The notes under the pieces are model-generated. The model saw only the letters and a program-made list of their open reading frames with translations, was not told where the DNA came from and ran no database searches. A stretch of DNA of 61,952 bases, filler included, from Asterionella formosa (taxonomy: Eukaryota): the NCBI GenBank assembly GCA_002256025.1. It is 7 parts of 7 records of this genome, joined end to end, with 100 filler letters (N's around TTAATTAATTAA, not from the genome) between each part and the next. Parts side by side here need not be neighbours in the genome. Positions count along the whole stretch, not along the records: positions 53,207 to 61,952 come from NKIB01011703.1; 6 more parts are not named here. One strand, written 5' to 3'. This document shows positions 58,670 through 61,952 of this stretch, piece after piece. A program made the position numbers and the translations under genes. The first letter of the stretch is position 1, and every line of letters starts with the position of its first letter.

Positions 58670-60067
58670 TTATTTTGCAGCAAACAGGTCTGCTACATCC
58701 TTGACACTGATTTTCTTCTGGTCACCAGTAGCTTCATCGTGCCACAAAAGCACTTGCTGAAATGCCGTGGCGAGCTCATGTGCCGTCGGTCTGTCAGTAG
58801 GGTCCAATCGATAACATGACAGCGTACCAAAGAACAATCCCTGTGATGTTAAATCATTGGATTTGAGATATTTGCTTGGAACATGAGGCACGCCGCCCTC
58901 TAGTTTCTTACGTGCCACTTCGTCCAATGTCAACCTGCCATTTGGTTCCAACCATGTCCATGGTTGATGCTTCGTCAACACTTGAAACAATACATTGCCC
59001 AAAGCGTACAGGTCCGTCTTTTCTGACACGTACGTTGTGTTTGCGATCTCCTCGGGGGATCGCCACAGTTTGCTTTCAAATCTAACAGGATAGCCACAAG
59101 GTTGCGTCTTGTTCCATCTTAACATGGCGCCAATGTTAAAATCGTTGTACTTGATTACATGATCATGTGTGTTGACAATATTAGCAATATTAATATCATT
59201 GTGAACAAAGGTGGAATTCTTTCCCTCGACAAAGTCCAATGAATGAACATGGTTTAATCCAATCGCCAAATCCCTAGCCAGCACAAGTCTGTCTCTGGAC
59301 GACAACGATTTGTCTTTTATCAGTGATCGACCATCTTGTGGTGCCCACTCCGTCAGAACGGACTGCCCGCAAAAGCCAAATGATTCCACAATAAATTGAG
59401 ACCACGTGAGCTGTTCCATTATCCTGGCATCTACTTGATGATATCCAAACGATTCTTGGTCAAATGTACGATGGAGGTGGAGCATTTTAAGGACCAGCGG
59501 TTTCTCGTTGCGTGATACTTTCCACACCGACCTCCAAGATCCCGATAGTGATAGGAGAGACACATCGTTTGTTTCAATTTCATGTAGAATGTTGCAATTA
59601 GGATGATGCGTCCGCTGCCAATCTGCCATAGGAGTGCAGTCGTTAACAAATGGTCGTTCATAAGGTTTGATGTAGTGATTCGGGTCAATGGAAGGGGCGT
59701 GCGGTTGGGCGTGCCTCGTAGGAAGGACCGCCTTTCGCGTGAACGGAACATGGCGCGGCTCTAGTAGAACGATTCGGGGCCGGTCGTCGTGGTGAACGCT
59801 GGAGGTGGGTCTCACATCTTGCAGGTCTAAATGGCGAATCTTGGTGGAAGGAGTTGTCCGGAGCAGATAGCCGCTTCTGTAGCTGGGTCCTCCAGCGAGG
59901 AATTGGCTAACAAGCTCAGTTGTGGTAGCGGCAGGTGGATCAATAGTCAACAGGAGACCCAGTGAAGAAACAGCACCCACAAAACACACAATGGCCCATT
60001 GGCTCGACAGTCTCGCCTTGCGACACAGTGTCAGTCGTTCCATTCTTTTTATTTCTGTTGCGGGCAT
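58670..60067 (-). CDS. Protein kinase with an N-terminal membrane anchor and atypical motifs (465 aa)
   Basis: GSWRSVW (Gly loop), LVLKML, VHNDINIAN (catalytic loop), NDFN (for DFG), WRSPEE and TDLYALGN. TM segment WAIVCFVGAVSSLGLLLTI. Confidence 0.9.
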   Translation of the reverse strand: MPATEIKRMERLTLCRKARLSSQWAIVCFVGAVSSLGLLLTIDPPAATTTELVSQFLAGGPSYRSGYLLRTTPSTKIRHLDLQDVRPTSSVHHDDRPRIVLLEPRHVPFTRKAVLPTRHAQPHAPSIDPNHYIKPYERPFVNDCTPMADWQRTHHPNCNILHEIETNDVSLLSLSGSWRSVWKVSRNEKPLVLKMLHLHRTFDQESFGYHQVDARIMEQLTWSQFIVESFGFCGQSVLTEWAPQDGRSLIKDKSLSSRDRLVLARDLAIGLNHVHSLDFVEGKNSTFVHNDINIANIVNTHDHVIKYNDFNIGAMLRWNKTQPCGYPVRFESKLWRSPEEIANTTYVSEKTDLYALGNVLFQVLTKHQPWTWLEPNGRLTLDEVARKKLEGGVPHVPSKYLKSNDLTSQGLFFGTLSCYRLDPTDRPTAHELATAFQQVLLWHDEATGDQKKISVKDVADLFAAK

Positions 60068-61208
60068 TTACTCCGAAACGACTTGACCTCGCTTGGCTTG
60101 GCTTGGCTTGGCTTGTATCTTATGTTTAAATTTGTATGATGTATGCAAACTCTGCACAGATAAAATGCAAGGATGGCCTTGCTAACCACGGTGAATAAAG
60201 GCCCTTTGGGATTATTATCGCAGTTCGAGCGAAGATGGTAAGAAAGCATGATCCCAAAATTAATACCGGATCAAGGAATGAATCCGTTACCATTTTCGTC
60301 ATCAGGCTACCGGTACTAAATATCTACCGGTAGTTTTGAATTGAAGCGACCATCATAAATTCATTACCGGCACCAGGTACACTGATACAAGGGTACCAGG
60401 TACCAGGTACCTAGTGCCAGGTACAACCGGTATGTATAAAGTGCCTTGGCGGTACATGGTACCTGGTACTGGTACAACGTGTATAATGGTACACGCACGT
60501 AGAAGTAATTGTTACTGTATTCTTGTTTTTATATATGTCCTGTACATATGGGTCGGACATTTCTACATACTGGTAAAATAATACTCTACATACGACATGT
60601 ACAACAGCATTTGAGAGGGCGTTATACAGTAGGTAGACCACGACCGGCAGGCACGGTTAGTATGGAGGAGTGCTACATGGTAACCTACCAGGTATGTTTG
60701 GCGGCAAAATAAATACCGGTATATTCATTCATAGATATATAGTATGTATGTACCGTATACAACGAATGATAAAGCATGTTCGCTCGTCGCGCCATTTATC
60801 TTGATGCAAAGGCAGAATGCAACGACCGTACTAACTACCAGGTACCGGTAAGCCAAAAGAAAGATTTTTGTTATGATCATGGTAGATGGTAGGATGCTGA
60901 TTTTCCATTTGCTACGGTACGGGTACCAGGTACCAGTTATATCCGGTGCTCAGTAATCTACCGGTAAGCTGTCTGTATCAAATTACAAGTGGTCTCGCAT
61001 CAACCCTTTGTAACTAGCCTTGGGACGACATAGATATGACAAGCGTTGTTCAACTACCGGTAGCAGAATTGCTTTTCCAGTAGCTAGGTCTACCTGGTAC
61101 TCCGGGGTAACCTACGGTAGATACCGGAAGTAATCAACATCATGTGGATCATAACCACTGTATAAATAGTGTAATAATCCAGCAACTTTATGTGAGTTGT
61201 CTTGTCCT

Positions 61209-61952
61209 TTATACTGAATTTCTTTGTTGAACATGATTATAATACAATGCCACAGCAAACAATGATGAATCAAACCGATCTAATATTCCCCCATGTCCCG
61301 GTAACAATGCCGATGAATCTTTTTGATTTGATTGTCGTTTGATGGCACTTTCCACCAAATCTCCTCCAATGGCAAGAATCGAAAGTCCAATCCCCAATTT
61401 CCAAATACCAAACCCCGCTGCTGTAGCAACACCACAAAGTATTCCCCCGACTATCCCAGCCAAACTCTTGTTGGGTGAAATGTGTGTCAACCACTTTGGA
61501 TTTGAAACGATGCCAATAGTTTTCGACATTCTCCCAACCAGCAATGCCCCTGTATCACAATTCCAACAAGTCAAAAGGAGTGCTACTACTTGTCGTGTTG
61601 TGGCAATGGTAGCCAGTTGTATCCATATTGTCATTGGTATTGTCAAAAACAGCAATCCTTGGATGGCATGTTGTTGTTGTTGTGGAGTGGTAGATACGTG
61701 TCGTAAGAATAACAGTAGGAAGCAAAGTAGTAGCAGCAGCAGTTGTTGCTGTTGGTCGTTGTTGTTGCTGTTTTGACATGTTACTACAAACCCCATGCTG
61801 ACAAGGACAAAGCACCAATCAAAGTGCAACATCATATTGGCATATTCTATAGCGCAAAGCAAATGAACACCGTGAAAGAAAACGACAGGACATTTCGAAA
61901 GAAGGATCAAGACAAAGGGGATCCCAATGACAATGGTCCCAATTCGGCGAGG
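61209..61952 (-). CDS. cdsA: Phosphatidate cytidylyltransferase (CDP-diacylglycerol synthase), 5' end outside the window
   Basis: WNCDTGALLVGR, ISPNKSLAGIVGG and GDLVESAIKRQSNQKDSSALLPGHGGILDRFDS signature motifs. The frame is open to the window end (PRRIGTIVIGIPFVLIL). Confidence 0.93.
   Translation of the reverse strand, partial: PRRIGTIVIGIPFVLILLSKCPVVFFHGVHLLCAIEYANMMLHFDWCFVLVSMGFVVTCQNSNNNDQQQQLLLLLLCFLLLFLRHVSTTPQQQQHAIQGLLFLTIPMTIWIQLATIATTRQVVALLLTCWNCDTGALLVGRMSKTIGIVSNPKWLTHISPNKSLAGIVGGILCGVATAAGFGIWKLGIGLSILAIGGDLVESAIKRQSNQKDSSALLPGHGGILDRFDSSLFAVALYYNHVQQRNSV

Noticed and set aside
45207..60067. A single biomineralisation cluster of Cys/Lys proteins, JmjC, transporter and kinase
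   Set aside because: The transporter and kinase lie on a different contig beyond the spacer at 53107-53206.

Overview
This is eukaryotic nuclear DNA, most likely from a diatom. That call is inferred from the Ambal-like LINE, the CoDi-type Copia integrase, short GT-AG introns with CTAAC branch points and the protein families present. The window is not one locus. It is seven contigs of 8780, 8775, 8775, 8767, 8763, 8746 and 8746 bp, sorted by length and joined by 100-bp spacers (N44-TTAATTAATTAA-N44). Host genes: a Nup133-like nucleoporin, an Rtt106/SSRP1-type PH-domain histone chaperone, an FCP/SCP-type phosphatase, two tandem secreted Cys-repeat proteins with Lys-rich tails, a membrane-anchored JmjC oxygenase, a 2-exon ARM-repeat protein, an Aa_trans amino-acid transporter, a protein with repeated MBD-like modules, a 3-exon small membrane protein with a 24-nt microexon, a membrane-anchored atypical kinase and a partial phosphatidate cytidylyltransferase. 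Roughly 40% of the window is decayed mobile DNA: a 5.3-kb element with Stowaway/mariner-type TIRs, two PIF/Harbinger remnants, a LINE with APE-RT-RNase H, and a Copia integrase fragment. The most unusual signal is a palindrome family (TACCGGTA, TACCWGGTA, GGTACC). I counted at least 33 exact TACCGGTA copies, almost all non-coding, and three repeat-copy comparisons show the motif present as an indel in only one copy.
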